Shown here one piece after another: positions 22,982 through 34,611 of a stretch of DNA of 64,000 nt. Within the stretch, counting starts at the first letter, position 1. Each line of letters opens with the position of its first letter. The notes beneath the pieces were generated by a model. That model saw nothing but the letters and a program-made list of their open reading frames with translations, was not told where the DNA came from and searched no databases. The stretch lies in assembly GCA_000004985.1 (NCBI GenBank), contig GG738863.1, one strand, 5' to 3'. The translations under genes and the position numbers were made by a program. Source of the DNA: Naegleria gruberi. Its lineage: Eukaryota.

Positions 22982-25900
22982 CTACTGCTTAATTATCTTA
23001 TATCTTTCATTCAAAGATTGGATTGATTCGTGTTGTTCAATGTAATTTTCCATAAGATAATCCATATCTGAAATAATATCTGGAAGTTTGTCTTCTACAT
23101 ATTTCAGTCCTTTCGATATTAAATAATGATAGCAGTCGTACATGTCCAGAAGAATTCTCAACTTGACACCATGCGCTGATTGAGAAGAAACAAATTGCAG
23201 TGCATCAGAGTAGGATTTTTCAACATTAGGATAGCATTCTTCGAAAGATGCCTCAAGCAATGAGCACTTGATTAGAAGAAATCTGGATTGCAATCTCAGT
23301 ATTTCTCCTAATAAATTTTCTTGATGTGATGCTAGTGCATTCTTGAAGAGTGTCTCTGTATGTTCAAGATACGGAACATCAGTACCAATTTGGATACTAT
23401 CTAGGAATTCCAAATACTTGACCCGAGACTCTAAAATTGCATAATCGAATATTAAGCTTGGAGGTGCATAAATGTGAAGAGAGTTAAAGAGAGATTCCAT
23501 GTGATCAGCTTGTTCCCTTAACCGTTGCTCTTTCTCTACAATATTAATTCCAGACGTTAACTCTCTGCAAAATTGGACATAGGCAAGATAAAACTTGGCG
23601 CTTAATACTTGGGTTGGACTTGCCACAGTTGTTGAAAATATTGAAATGATGCTCATTCCTTGATTAGCTGATCTCTCTAGCTCATCCAATTGACCACTAA
23701 TTAATAAATAGTAGCAAGCAAATGAGTAAAAGAACATGTAAGAAGGGAGGTGAAGTCTGACCCTGCTCTGTTCAGATCCCAAAGTGTAGTATTTTGATGC
23801 ACTCTCATATTTACCAACAGACCACAAAGCCCGCATCGAGTAGGTACAAGATACAAGCAAAGCATCCCTTTTTCTGAACCTATTAATGGACTGTTGATGA
23901 TACTTGTCGGGATCGCTCAAATACTGATTGATAACATCTTCAGAGAAGAGAATTACCTTATTAAAATTACCCCTGGTGTTGTGAGTCATCATGCAAGATA
24001 CAGAACCAAACATTTGCTGTGTAGTATCTCCTATTTCTGTTGATAAATTAATGAGGTTTGAACTCAATACTATTGCTTCATCTGTCTTGTTCAAGTAAAA
24101 AGCCATGAACCATCTCTCAGATTCAATAGAAAAGATCAACTCTTTCTCTGATTCTGGGCAATACAGTTTTGCTTTGGTTAATGCTTCCTCACCAGTCGGC
24201 ATCAAATTTGCGTCAAACAAATTCTCAATAAATATTCCAAATTTGAGTAGACTCTTTGCAAGTAAGATTTTAACACTCAAAAAACTGAGACCCAAAATGG
24301 AAAAAGTTGAAGAAATTCGTGTTATCCCTTCAAATCTCTTTCTGGTAATATCAATCAGGGAGAGAACTGACTCGAAAACGTTCAGCTTTGTAACATCTAA
24401 TAGGTCGGTGTACTTGACTTCTTCATTTCCTTCCTTTTCTCCTTTCCACAATGTTACAATTTTCTCCAATATCGTATTAAATGAAACACAAAGATGCTTG
24501 AAAACAGAAGCTTCCTGCTCTTGGCTCAATAGAGTGATAGCTTTTGGAATTATAACACACGCCAATGCTAAATGAAGCATTTCCTCCTTTTCTACTGATC
24601 CTAGCGAGAGGGTTTCCTCTAAAGCAATCTTATCAAAATAGTGGCCTAAATGAACGGCGATTTCCTTAATATACCACGAGGATCGTTCTCTACTTTTGTG
24701 TCTTCTACATTGTTGCTCAATTGTCTTGATAAAGTGTTTGGCAAGAGACATGTGAAATTCTCTCTTTTGCTCTTTGGGAGTAGTGGAATACACAATCTGT
24801 AGCATCATGGAAGATTTGAATTTGAACGTTCTGTCCTTACTTGATGAACAAGCAAGAAAATGTTTACCCTTTGTCTCCTCAACCACTTCTAAAAACTGAT
24901 GACTGCCAACAAGATTCTTCAAAATATCTGATAATTTTCTGTCCTTTTTCACATTTGATTCCTTTGGGAATATTGCTTCAAGAGTCTCAAAATCGAATTG
25001 GATTCCAATCGAAGATGCAACTTTCAGAACAAGTTGAGAGTCAACATCCAATCTGTCAATCTTTTGTTGAAAGAACGAAGACATTGTGGCAGGCAATTCA
25101 ATCGTATCCATAGTCGTAAATTTAAACTTGAGGCAGCCATCTTCTACATAAGTTCTTCCATTTTCTTGTAAAAAGTGAAGGGCCATTGTTAAAAACTGTT
25201 GATTTCCCTCTGTTTTTTCGACGAAAATGTCTAAAACCTTTGGATCGACTTTTGAAGCATTAAAATAAAGCTTTAAGTATTCTTCACATTCAGACTTGGT
25301 GAACTCTTTAAGGTCGATTACTAAGTCAGCCTTAGCCTTCCACTCATCAAGCTCTTTTCTCTTCTCCGCCATTTGTGGTCCATCTGGAAGCTCGTTACAG
25401 GAAAGCAACAATACACAGTTGGTAATTCCTGGCTCAAGGTCCAAAATTTTTTTCGTAACAATCCTTGAATAGGGGTCAAACTGCATTGTAAAATGGAAAT
25501 CGTCATATAGTAGAAACCAAGGTTGTGCTGAATACCCCATATACATCCAAGAAATAGAAAGCAATCTAGCGAAAAGATCAGCAGCGATGGTAATTCTCTC
25601 CTCCTGATCCAGTTTAACACTATCTTTCGACTCTTTAAACTCGGTACCTACAACTGGGTTCAATAAGTATAAATTGTCACGATCTTTTTCTTCTTTGAAA
25701 GTTTCCAACATTATTTCTTCTCTTTGTTCTCTACTAATATTGTTGTAAAGATTTTCAACATCATTATAATCTAAATCCAATCCGTTCTTCTTATAAAAAC
25801 GTTCAGTAATGCTAATCTTCAGGTTTCCTAGATAGAGATAAAATGGAGTTTCGAACTCAATAGCTGAATTATAAACACAGGCAAGTTTTGATTTCAATTC

Positions 25901-27935
25901 GCTCACTAATCTTCTCAAAAGGTCAGATTTTCCAACACCATTTTCTCCTTTCACAAAAATTATCTTGGTCTTTGTTTTCTTACCCTGTTCTATTTCTTGC
26001 TGTTTTTCATTAACATATCCACAAATACTATCAAATATTTCCTCTCTTCCAATAGGATATTTGAGAGAATTCAAATGCTCAGAGCCACTGTAACTTTTCT
26101 TACCAGATGATTCAGAATGGTCTTCTGTCATAATTTGTGAAGGAGATTTCTTAATGTTATAATACATTTGAGTTGAAGAGATTGATGAGTCTTTGACCTT
26201 CCAAATTTTTATCAAATCTGATTTTCCCTTCACCTTGATTGGCTCTAGTGGTTCTATTGGAATACCCTTCAACATTTGAGCTGTCTCCTCTTCACATAAC
26301 ACAACTCCATCATTTTTTTCTGATTCCTTCATTAAACGGGCAGCCAAATTTACCTTATCACCATAAATAGTAAACTCCTTTCTATATTCTGACCCACTGA
26401 TACAGATTATTAAGGTTAAATAAATATAAACATACACATTTCCAATAAAACACTTTCCACTGGCAATTCCCAATCCAAACTTCATTCCTAGTTGAGATAA
26501 ATTGCCTGACAGTTCAATACCTGCCTTCACTGCTCTAATGGAATCACTGATATGACTAACAGGATAACCAAAAGAAAATACAAGAATAGTACCCTTTTCA
26601 TCCGACAACATGTTTGCAATAAAACCCTCATAAGTTTCCAATACGCCTTGAACGTTTGTTAAATATGTTTGATACACTTGCATTTCATCATCTTTTGTTT
26701 CGTACTTGTTTGTATCAATAATGGACAAGAACCCCACTGTGAGAGGTTTGACTTCATTGATCCATTCACTTTGTCCTGCATCTATCTTGTTTCTAACAGG
26801 TGGGCTAATAAATTTACGAAGTATTGGAATAAAGGTTGAGTTCACTGTTAGAATGGGTAATGATAGTCCAGTAATGGGCTCCCTTTTTGATGCCAGAGCT
26901 ACATACACATCTGCCTCTTTGATTTCTAACTTTCTACAAGTGATATAATTGGAACATTTTTCAAATGCTGGCCTGGTTATCACAACTTGTCCTACCAGAC
27001 TATTACCCAAAGCGGAGGACATTTCGAGAAGAGCTTGGCCAGAAGTGATTCGAAGCCAGTAATCATTCACTCCCAAATGGTGCGTCGTTACATATCCCAA
27101 AGACACACCACAATGTATCTGAAGTGATATGTTATCATTCACCTTGAAAGATTTCAAATATTCAGTCTGCTGAATTCGCAAGGCACATTGAACAGCCGCA
27201 ATTACACACTCAGCCAAAGTTCTATCCTTACGTGGGTAATGGAATTGACAAATAATAGCCTATAGATTTCATTCAATAAAAAAGTTCTTAAGCAACTTAC
27301 ATCTCCTGCAAATCGTTCGATATCTCCTCCAAACTTTGCATGTTAATACTTTGCGCAATTATCCTACTTACATCATAAATAAAGGCAATTAATGTCGTAA
27401 AATATTGATTAATATATTTAGTAAGAAGCTCAGCTCCATTAGGTTCTTTTGAAAGGCTCTCTGTTAAATTAGTAAATCCAGAAATGTCAATCATTAAAAT
27501 ACAGGTTTCATATGTTATATTACTAAGTGGAGACATTGTTGTTGACATTTCTTCCTCCAATGCCTTTGATTTCCTATCATTTACATTACTATTATTATTG
27601 CTCTTGTAATAGAGAGACTTGAGATTATACAACAAATGTTGAGGTAAATAAGAACAAATTATTTCCGCATTAACCTCCTCCGTTGTTTTTTTTCCATTTC
27701 CAAAAGGTATTGTTTTAAATCCCATCAAATTCACTCGGGGAGGAGGAAGTTTGAAAGAGTGTGCCTTACGAACCTCCACCACTTTCGTTTCTGACTCCGA
27801 GGAAGCATAAGAATCTTTTGATACTCTCCTTTCCGAATATCTAATTGATTTATGTTGATTAAAATCTTTTGGTGATTCTTGTTGATTAGGACTAACAACA
27901 TTCTCACTGCTGTTCAAGCTGCAAGCAGATCCCAT
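22982..27935 (-). CDS. Soluble-adenylyl-cyclase-like protein: two class III cyclase domains, STAND P-loop NTPase, long alpha-helical (TPR-like) C-terminal region; about 1600 aa
   Basis: Exon 1 (27360..27935) starts MGSACS, a myristoylation consensus, and encodes the cyclase C1 domain (ETCILMIDISGFTNL). A 33-nt micro-exon (FGGDIERFAGD) sits between introns of about 38 and 41 nt. The 4.2-kb main exon 22982..27217 continues C1 (AIICQFHYPRKDR...AAVQCALRIQ). It contains a second cyclase domain (IASGKCFIGNV...EFTIYGDKVNLAARLM), a Walker A motif (FVKGENGVGKSDLLRRL), and a very long helical repeat region. Confidence 0.8.
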
Positions 27936-28585
27936 CTTGATGAAAAAAAGATGGCAAGTGGTCGGTTGTTTGTTTGGATAATTTTTTAAATTTAACTTTT
28001 CAACCAGTCATGCTGAGGAGGACAATTTTTCTTGTAGTACAAAAGGCGGCAAAATTTTTACTCGTTTCAACTATGATAATGACCCTCAGAGATTTTTGAC
28101 CAACAAAAATTCGAAGGGGAACTTTAAAACCACTCTTCTTCTAACACATTATGAAGTGATGACAGCTCTTGTGGTGATGTATTTCTCTGATCCAATCATT
28201 GAAATTGTGCGAATACAATCATTTTAATTAATAACATATTCTCCATTGCATTGAGAAGGTGTATATGTATAATATTTAATATAAAAAAATAATTCATATA
28301 TTCAATACATTAATAATTAAGAATAGTTTCCATTAGGAGCTGAATCGGCCGATAAATTTGTAATGACTTTTACGCTCAGGTAATGCAGCAGTAGTTAAAG
28401 CCTTAAAACAATGTCTCAAAACGTACACAGCCTCTAATTGTGTTCTTCCTAGCATTGATAGATCCTTCACAGTTACACCATCTCCCGAAAATGATTTAGG
28501 CCTTGCTCAAGAAAAAGAACAAAAGAAACGAAAAGAAAAGCTTCTTGCAAATGTTGTTAATTGTTCTCACTGTACAACCGCTATC

Positions 28586-29671
28586 ATGGTGGGGATAGGA
28601 ACCTTATTGGCCGCACTTGCAATGTATATTGGCTGTTCTTTCCAAAGTAACACTACGATTCAACAGAATAGATTTTCGGATGATAAGATTGTGAGACTTA
28701 ACAACACTTTTTATGAAGAGAAGAGGTTCTTCTTTACTCCCAAAATTAAGGAGACTAAATTTCTTCATGCCTACAAAGAAGCAATCGGAGAAATGAAACA
28801 ATGTCAAATTGATACAAAATTGTTGAGGTACTTTTATGGAGAGAGTGGTATTGGTAAAACAACAATGTTACATGAAGTGTTGAAAGATTCGAAACCTTTT
28901 CCATATACTCTTTTGAGGTTGGAAAGTGGAAACTCTTGGAAAGAAGTTGGAGTGAAACTAAACATTACATCCATAAATGAGCATGCTACAGAAGAACTTG
29001 TGTTTAGAACCTTAACAGAATACTTTAACTATTTGAATAGTGATGATTGTCCTTTAATTATTATTGATGGTGCTAATAGAAACCCAAAGATTACTAATAC
29101 CTTCATTGCTTTCTGGAGAGATATTAGTCATGTTAGACCTTTTGCATTGTTAATGATCTCCTCTGATGGCTTCTACCCCTCAATTTCAAGAGGTGGTGGT
29201 AGAGTGATCGGAACAGAACTCTCTCCATCCGAAACCTTTGTCAGAGAATATTTGGAAGCTAAAGGAATTGTTGATCCTTCTCTTGTTTCAGAAATTATGG
29301 AAATAACAGGTAACAAGATAGTTTACTTGAGTTCAATAAGATCACCAAGAGAACTTAATATCTTGGAACAAACTGTATATGAAAACTTTGAAGAGAACTT
29401 GATGGAATTGAAAAGATTCGATATGGCTTTCCAGTACTTTAAAAATTTAGTGAAAGTTTTGCTAGAAAATCCCCAACAAAGCATGGCCGCATTAGATGTA
29501 GTTCCTGACAAGGAAGCAGCCAAGATATTTAAATCCAACTTGTTGAGAAGGTATGGGCAGGATTACAGATTCCAAAACAAGGCGGTTGAAAGATTCTTTA
29601 AAAGAAAGTGGAAAATTAATAGTGAAGGACTATTGAAATTGAATATAACGGGAAGGACTGTGTCTGAGTAG
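28586..29671 (+). CDS. Membrane-anchored P-loop NTPase (AAA/STAND-like), hypothetical
   Basis: The 361-aa ORF has an N-terminal hydrophobic segment (GIGTLLAALAMYIGC). Walker A reads FYGESGIGKTTMLHEV, and a Walker B-like motif reads CPLIIIDGANR. Confidence 0.45.
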   Translation: MVGIGTLLAALAMYIGCSFQSNTTIQQNRFSDDKIVRLNNTFYEEKRFFFTPKIKETKFLHAYKEAIGEMKQCQIDTKLLRYFYGESGIGKTTMLHEVLKDSKPFPYTLLRLESGNSWKEVGVKLNITSINEHATEELVFRTLTEYFNYLNSDDCPLIIIDGANRNPKITNTFIAFWRDISHVRPFALLMISSDGFYPSISRGGGRVIGTELSPSETFVREYLEAKGIVDPSLVSEIMEITGNKIVYLSSIRSPRELNILEQTVYENFEENLMELKRFDMAFQYFKNLVKVLLENPQQSMAALDVVPDKEAAKIFKSNLLRRYGQDYRFQNKAVERFFKRKWKINSEGLLKLNITGRTVSE

Positions 29672-30000
29672 TGATTCAATTCGTGAGTTGCATAATACAA
29701 TGAAAACAATTAATCAAAATTCTTAGAGTTCGTGATAGCTTGTGGCGATTTCTGCTTTGAAAATGCGCGGATATAATCATACATTAATTAAAAACGAATT
29801 CATATATTCTTGTATTAAGAAGGTGAAAAATGTATAAACGTTCACTTGATATTCTATATAATAATAATAATTAATAAACAATAATTGTCCTCCTTAATGA
29901 AAATTGGCATTACCCGCCAAATGAACATCTGAAATAGAAAGGGAACTCATCACATCTCAATAATAAAAGTATTTGAAATGAACTTGAAAAATTAGAAAAA

Positions 30001-33000
30001 ATGAATCAACACTATCCAATAAGGAGAGGAAAACCATCATTTCTGTTCCTCATCTTAATATGTCTCAGCATTTTAGTTTCCATGAAGAGAGACTCGGTTG
30101 AATCGGCCGACGCTACTTGTTATGATACTGTCTCGATAAATAGCTTTGATAGCAATAGCGTTTCAGACCTTAGATGCTCTCCTTCTACGTACGCATTATC
30201 GAATAGAAGAGGTGGTTACATTCAAGGTAGCTTTAACTATGTTCCTAAAGGGAAAGTAATTCTAGGAAGCAAATTTACCATCAACCTCAAGTACATGTTC
30301 TCTTCATGTGATACTAAAATTAAGCACAACTCATCTCTCATTATTAACGATCAATATGTAATGGACATACCATTTGATGGTTCCCAATGTAATTGTTTAC
30401 AAAAAGAGTTTTCCTTGAGCCCAACGATATCCTCCTATTTGATGTTGAATCCGACCAATACTCTCAAAATTACATCAAGTATTTCAACAAGCACCGAAAT
30501 TTATATCAGTGATGTTAAAATCAAGTTTTGCTACATATCCCAGTCGACAACAATTGCCAATCTCAAACTTGAGAATTCTTTGCAAACTATTTCAATCTTG
30601 ACTCCAGAATCATACAAACAAATCAAGACAGAACCTTTTAAAGATATTCTCAGTTCTAAAACATCAAACCTTACTAGTGTTCCATATGTTATTACAAATA
30701 GTGCTGTTGATATTGTGGAAAATATAACATTGACTGTCTCACTCACTGGAAGTTTTGCCATTTCCAATTATTTAATTGTTGATGTGCAATTACAGAAAAT
30801 TGGACCAAATGGGGGAAATATTATCATCTCACCATCCATTTCCAAATCATCTTCTCTTTATTCTAAAAATCTAATTTTGAGTAGAGTTAATTTACAAAAT
30901 TCTGAAAAATTGATAGCTTCACTTGTTATAGAATCTATTAAAGAAGATTCAATTACGAGTGGAGTGAACCTTGAATTGGCTGTAAGTGCTACTAACCCAG
31001 ACACAGTGGAATTATCAGACAATACTAAAATCGGTTTACCTTTCCAATTGTTTTTGTCAAAAGCCTACCTTTCTGAAAATGAAAAATCAGCTGGTCCAAT
31101 CTACAATGCAGGACCTATTTCAGACTTGGCCTATATGGATTTCCAACCTCTTGTCACTAGTCCTTTCAATCCTGCTTGTTGGCTTCAGTTGAATATGATT
31201 ATCAATGGAAATATACCAGCATTTATAGGCAACATTCATATTTGGTCCTCCAAAAGCAAAACACAATTTACAAAGTTCTTCCAATACTCTCACTTTATTG
31301 GGTCAACTTTATTTATGGCTATTCCTTCCGATCAGTTGGATTGCAATCCAGCAACATCAACAAAATTATATATGAGAGTAGAAACAAATTTACCTTTCAG
31401 TTATAGAATGTATATTTCGAGAAAGGTTTACTCCTCAGTTAGTTCACTATCAAAATCTGTTTCAAACATTTTCACACCAAAGCTAGAAAAGGGAGAAGGT
31501 TTTGCTGTTTCAGTTGACAATCTGTATGATCCAACCCAAGATGGATTTGAGAAGGTACCACTTAATTTCCAATTACCACCTTTAAATATTGGTTCATCTA
31601 GAAGATTTAATGCTTTCCTTACTAAAAGAAGTTCAAACCCAACAATTTTTCGTAGTGTAGATGCCATTGCTGTTCCCATCAATCCATTCCCGAATGCCAT
31701 CCTAGACACTCAAAATTTACTTTACTATTTTGAAAATGATTGCATTGATTGTACTCTGAATTTGTATGTCCAATTACCTGATTCCATTAAGAATCCACCA
31801 TCATTATTGCCGAACTCAAACATTGATGAAACTCAACTTAGAAATGATTATGGTATTTATTGGAAATATGTTGATGTTTCATCTGTTTCAACTGCTTCAA
31901 AGTATGCAGTGGCAACCATCACTGTTAACAACGTCGCCTACCAATCAAAGAAAAACATCAAGCTGCTTGCAACCCAAAATAGAATTGATAGCACCTATTC
32001 TTCTTCATTGAGAACAATCGAGACAACAACAGACTATATTCAAACAACAGACTGTAGTTCCTCTAATTTGGGAAATTATAGAAGTTCAATATCAGTTCCT
32101 ACCATATCAGGTGGTATTTGGAAGTTTGGATTTTTTATTGATCCTATTGTCATGTTAAATAGTGTCAGCTTTTCAATTAGCCAGTATTCATCCGTGAGAT
32201 CTATTTCGTCCAATGCCCTTACAAATGTTGAAGCTTTGAGAGTCCCTGAATTTGTCTATTCTTTCTCGTTTGATTGTTCTTCTTGTAAACAAACTTGGGG
32301 AAAGACAAACATGCTCTCATTCACAATGCTTGCTGATACTCTCCAACTTGAAAACAGATATTATGAAATATTCTTAAAAATAGGAGATATTCCAACACCA
32401 ACCAGTCATGACATCAAATCAGGCTACATTTCAACCAAAATGGCAAGCGACACTATCCAAATATTTAAACCAAGATACATTTTCTCATTGGCAGGAACAG
32501 CTGTGGTTAACAATAATGGTGAAACAAGTTTTATATCCTCTAATAGATTAGACGATATTGGTACCAATGTCCATGTACTTATTAAGGAAGTTCCAGGTAC
32601 TCTGTTTTCAACCGAAACCTCTTGCCTAGCTAAAAATCAATCATCTTCATTCTCATATCAATATGAAACAGCAACAACTGTTAACAGTGAGTCTAGTACA
32701 ACAGTATTGAACGACTACTCTTTTTTTTCAATTGATGCTACAAAGATGATATTCAACGATACAAATATTGGAAAGAACTTGACAGTTGAAATTAGTACAA
32801 GCTCTTTTATTGGTTTGAATCCAGTGCTAATCCATCCAGTAACAGGAAAGAGAGTCACTATGAAAAGAACTCTGTTAAAATATCGTTTTTCAGGAAATTC
32901 TTACCAATTTCAAAAATATGCAGGATCCTTCTCAATCACTAGAGATGTTGTGAATCAAGTTAAAGGAGCTGCACTTACAATGGTATTGCTTCCTGATAGA

Positions 33001-34494
33001 TCTGATAAGACATATTACTCTTCTATTTCGTCCCTTTCTGTTACAACATTTGTTCAACAAGACTTTGATTCAGTCTCATACTTTAATCCACTCATTGTAT
33101 GTGTTGGTGTTATGGGAGGTTTATTCGTTATTGGAATATGTTACCTTATGATTTGTTACGCTTTCACTTTATTTGTTGATTTCCACATTTCTCTCAAAGG
33201 GAAATTAAGCGGAAGCTTTACATACAAAAGTTGGACAACCTACTTTTTTATGCCATACATTATTTCTGTATTTTCTCCACTCATATTTTATGAAGGGTTT
33301 CTTAAAAAACAATACAACATGAGAATTACCCCAAAAAGAGTTCTGTTCATTGGAGCTTTAATCATGTTGTCATTATCAATAATATTTATTATTTGTCTAA
33401 TTACACCAATGGGTCTCTATGTTAATGGTTTTATTAACAATTCAAATGAGAATATCAAGTTGCAAGAAACTAAAACTCTTGGAAATGACACACATTTAGC
33501 ATGTTGCAGATATGCCACTTCCTCACGTGCTCTTAAGCCATATATTTATCTACAGGATGATAGATATCTTAGCTGCGTGCAAGTAATACAGAATGGATAT
33601 TCGAATCTTACCCTTAATGATGTACCATATCTTGCCAGCTCAAAAACATATGAATATATTTCAAGCAGTGCTATAATTTTAGCAAAAATCAACTGTCCAA
33701 AATCAGAGATTATCATTGTCAATGACCATGTAAAAGATGCCAATGATATTGGAGTGGTTGGAATTTGTTTAGGTTTGATCTTGTTATATATGGGCTTGGC
33801 TCAAATAACAGCCCCTTTCTGTAAGAGGCTTGTGAAGAGGATAAGAAATTCTTCCTCACCTAAGAATAGTAGAAAAAACAATTACAAAGCCTCCACAACT
33901 GCTACAACCAATGCCACTATTGCTGTACCAAAGACAAGCAATACAACATCCAATAACAATTCAACAAGTTCAAGACCAGTAATTAGTTCAACAAATACTA
34001 CAAGTTCAACAGTAGCAACAACAACAGCAAATACTACATCAACAAATCAATCCAATGCTCAAACAGAGTTCCAGAGAAGAGAGGAAGAATTAGTAAGAAA
34101 TCTTCCAGTGCAACTTGAACCTCAAGCTCAACCTTACATCAATGAAATTGAATTGCCAAATATTCCAATACCAAACTTTAAGCAGCCATCTGTACCTAGT
34201 CAACCAATTGGTGATTACAGACCTTATAATCCAAATGATATGATTTTAGAAAATATTACTCCTCAAATTCAACCACCAAACTATGATTCTCCATCCACAA
34301 ATTCACAAGTATTTATTTATGACAGCAGTATTGCTCCAGCTGCTCAATCAAACTTTACAAGTTACAATCCAACAGCCAATGCCGATGACTATGTTGCCTT
34401 TTATCAGAGATCTGATAATCTACCTGCCAATAATAACAATAACAATAATAATGGAAACATTGGTATCAATTTTGACAATCCAAACAATGTGTAA
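30001..34494 (+). CDS. Large secreted/multi-pass membrane protein with Asn/Thr-rich cytoplasmic tail, unknown function
   Basis: This is a single 1497-aa ORF. It has a signal-peptide-like N-terminus (FLFLILICLSILVS) and about 1000 aa of Ser/Thr/Asn-rich ectodomain with Cys pairs. At least 4 hydrophobic helices lie around residues 1020-1260. The C-terminal tail contains poly-T/N/S and an N9 run. Confidence 0.45.
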   Translation: MNQHYPIRRGKPSFLFLILICLSILVSMKRDSVESADATCYDTVSINSFDSNSVSDLRCSPSTYALSNRRGGYIQGSFNYVPKGKVILGSKFTINLKYMFSSCDTKIKHNSSLIINDQYVMDIPFDGSQCNCLQKEFSLSPTISSYLMLNPTNTLKITSSISTSTEIYISDVKIKFCYISQSTTIANLKLENSLQTISILTPESYKQIKTEPFKDILSSKTSNLTSVPYVITNSAVDIVENITLTVSLTGSFAISNYLIVDVQLQKIGPNGGNIIISPSISKSSSLYSKNLILSRVNLQNSEKLIASLVIESIKEDSITSGVNLELAVSATNPDTVELSDNTKIGLPFQLFLSKAYLSENEKSAGPIYNAGPISDLAYMDFQPLVTSPFNPACWLQLNMIINGNIPAFIGNIHIWSSKSKTQFTKFFQYSHFIGSTLFMAIPSDQLDCNPATSTKLYMRVETNLPFSYRMYISRKVYSSVSSLSKSVSNIFTPKLEKGEGFAVSVDNLYDPTQDGFEKVPLNFQLPPLNIGSSRRFNAFLTKRSSNPTIFRSVDAIAVPINPFPNAILDTQNLLYYFENDCIDCTLNLYVQLPDSIKNPPSLLPNSNIDETQLRNDYGIYWKYVDVSSVSTASKYAVATITVNNVAYQSKKNIKLLATQNRIDSTYSSSLRTIETTTDYIQTTDCSSSNLGNYRSSISVPTISGGIWKFGFFIDPIVMLNSVSFSISQYSSVRSISSNALTNVEALRVPEFVYSFSFDCSSCKQTWGKTNMLSFTMLADTLQLENRYYEIFLKIGDIPTPTSHDIKSGYISTKMASDTIQIFKPRYIFSLAGTAVVNNNGETSFISSNRLDDIGTNVHVLIKEVPGTLFSTETSCLAKNQSSSFSYQYETATTVNSESSTTVLNDYSFFSIDATKMIFNDTNIGKNLTVEISTSSFIGLNPVLIHPVTGKRVTMKRTLLKYRFSGNSYQFQKYAGSFSITRDVVNQVKGAALTMVLLPDRSDKTYYSSISSLSVTTFVQQDFDSVSYFNPLIVCVGVMGGLFVIGICYLMICYAFTLFVDFHISLKGKLSGSFTYKSWTTYFFMPYIISVFSPLIFYEGFLKKQYNMRITPKRVLFIGALIMLSLSIIFIICLITPMGLYVNGFINNSNENIKLQETKTLGNDTHLACCRYATSSRALKPYIYLQDDRYLSCVQVIQNGYSNLTLNDVPYLASSKTYEYISSSAIILAKINCPKSEIIIVNDHVKDANDIGVVGICLGLILLYMGLAQITAPFCKRLVKRIRNSSSPKNSRKNNYKASTTATTNATIAVPKTSNTTSNNNSTSSRPVISSTNTTSSTVATTTANTTSTNQSNAQTEFQRREEELVRNLPVQLEPQAQPYINEIELPNIPIPNFKQPSVPSQPIGDYRPYNPNDMILENITPQIQPPNYDSPSTNSQVFIYDSSIAPAAQSNFTSYNPTANADDYVAFYQRSDNLPANNNNNNNNGNIGINFDNPNNV

Positions 34495-34611
34495 ATAATA
34501 AATAAAGTTTATAGGTACATGATGTGCTATTGATTGTTAATAACACATATTAAAATCATACATGATCAAAATTAAAACTCTTTACAAGCTAAAGATGTTG
34601 ATTTGGGTGAT

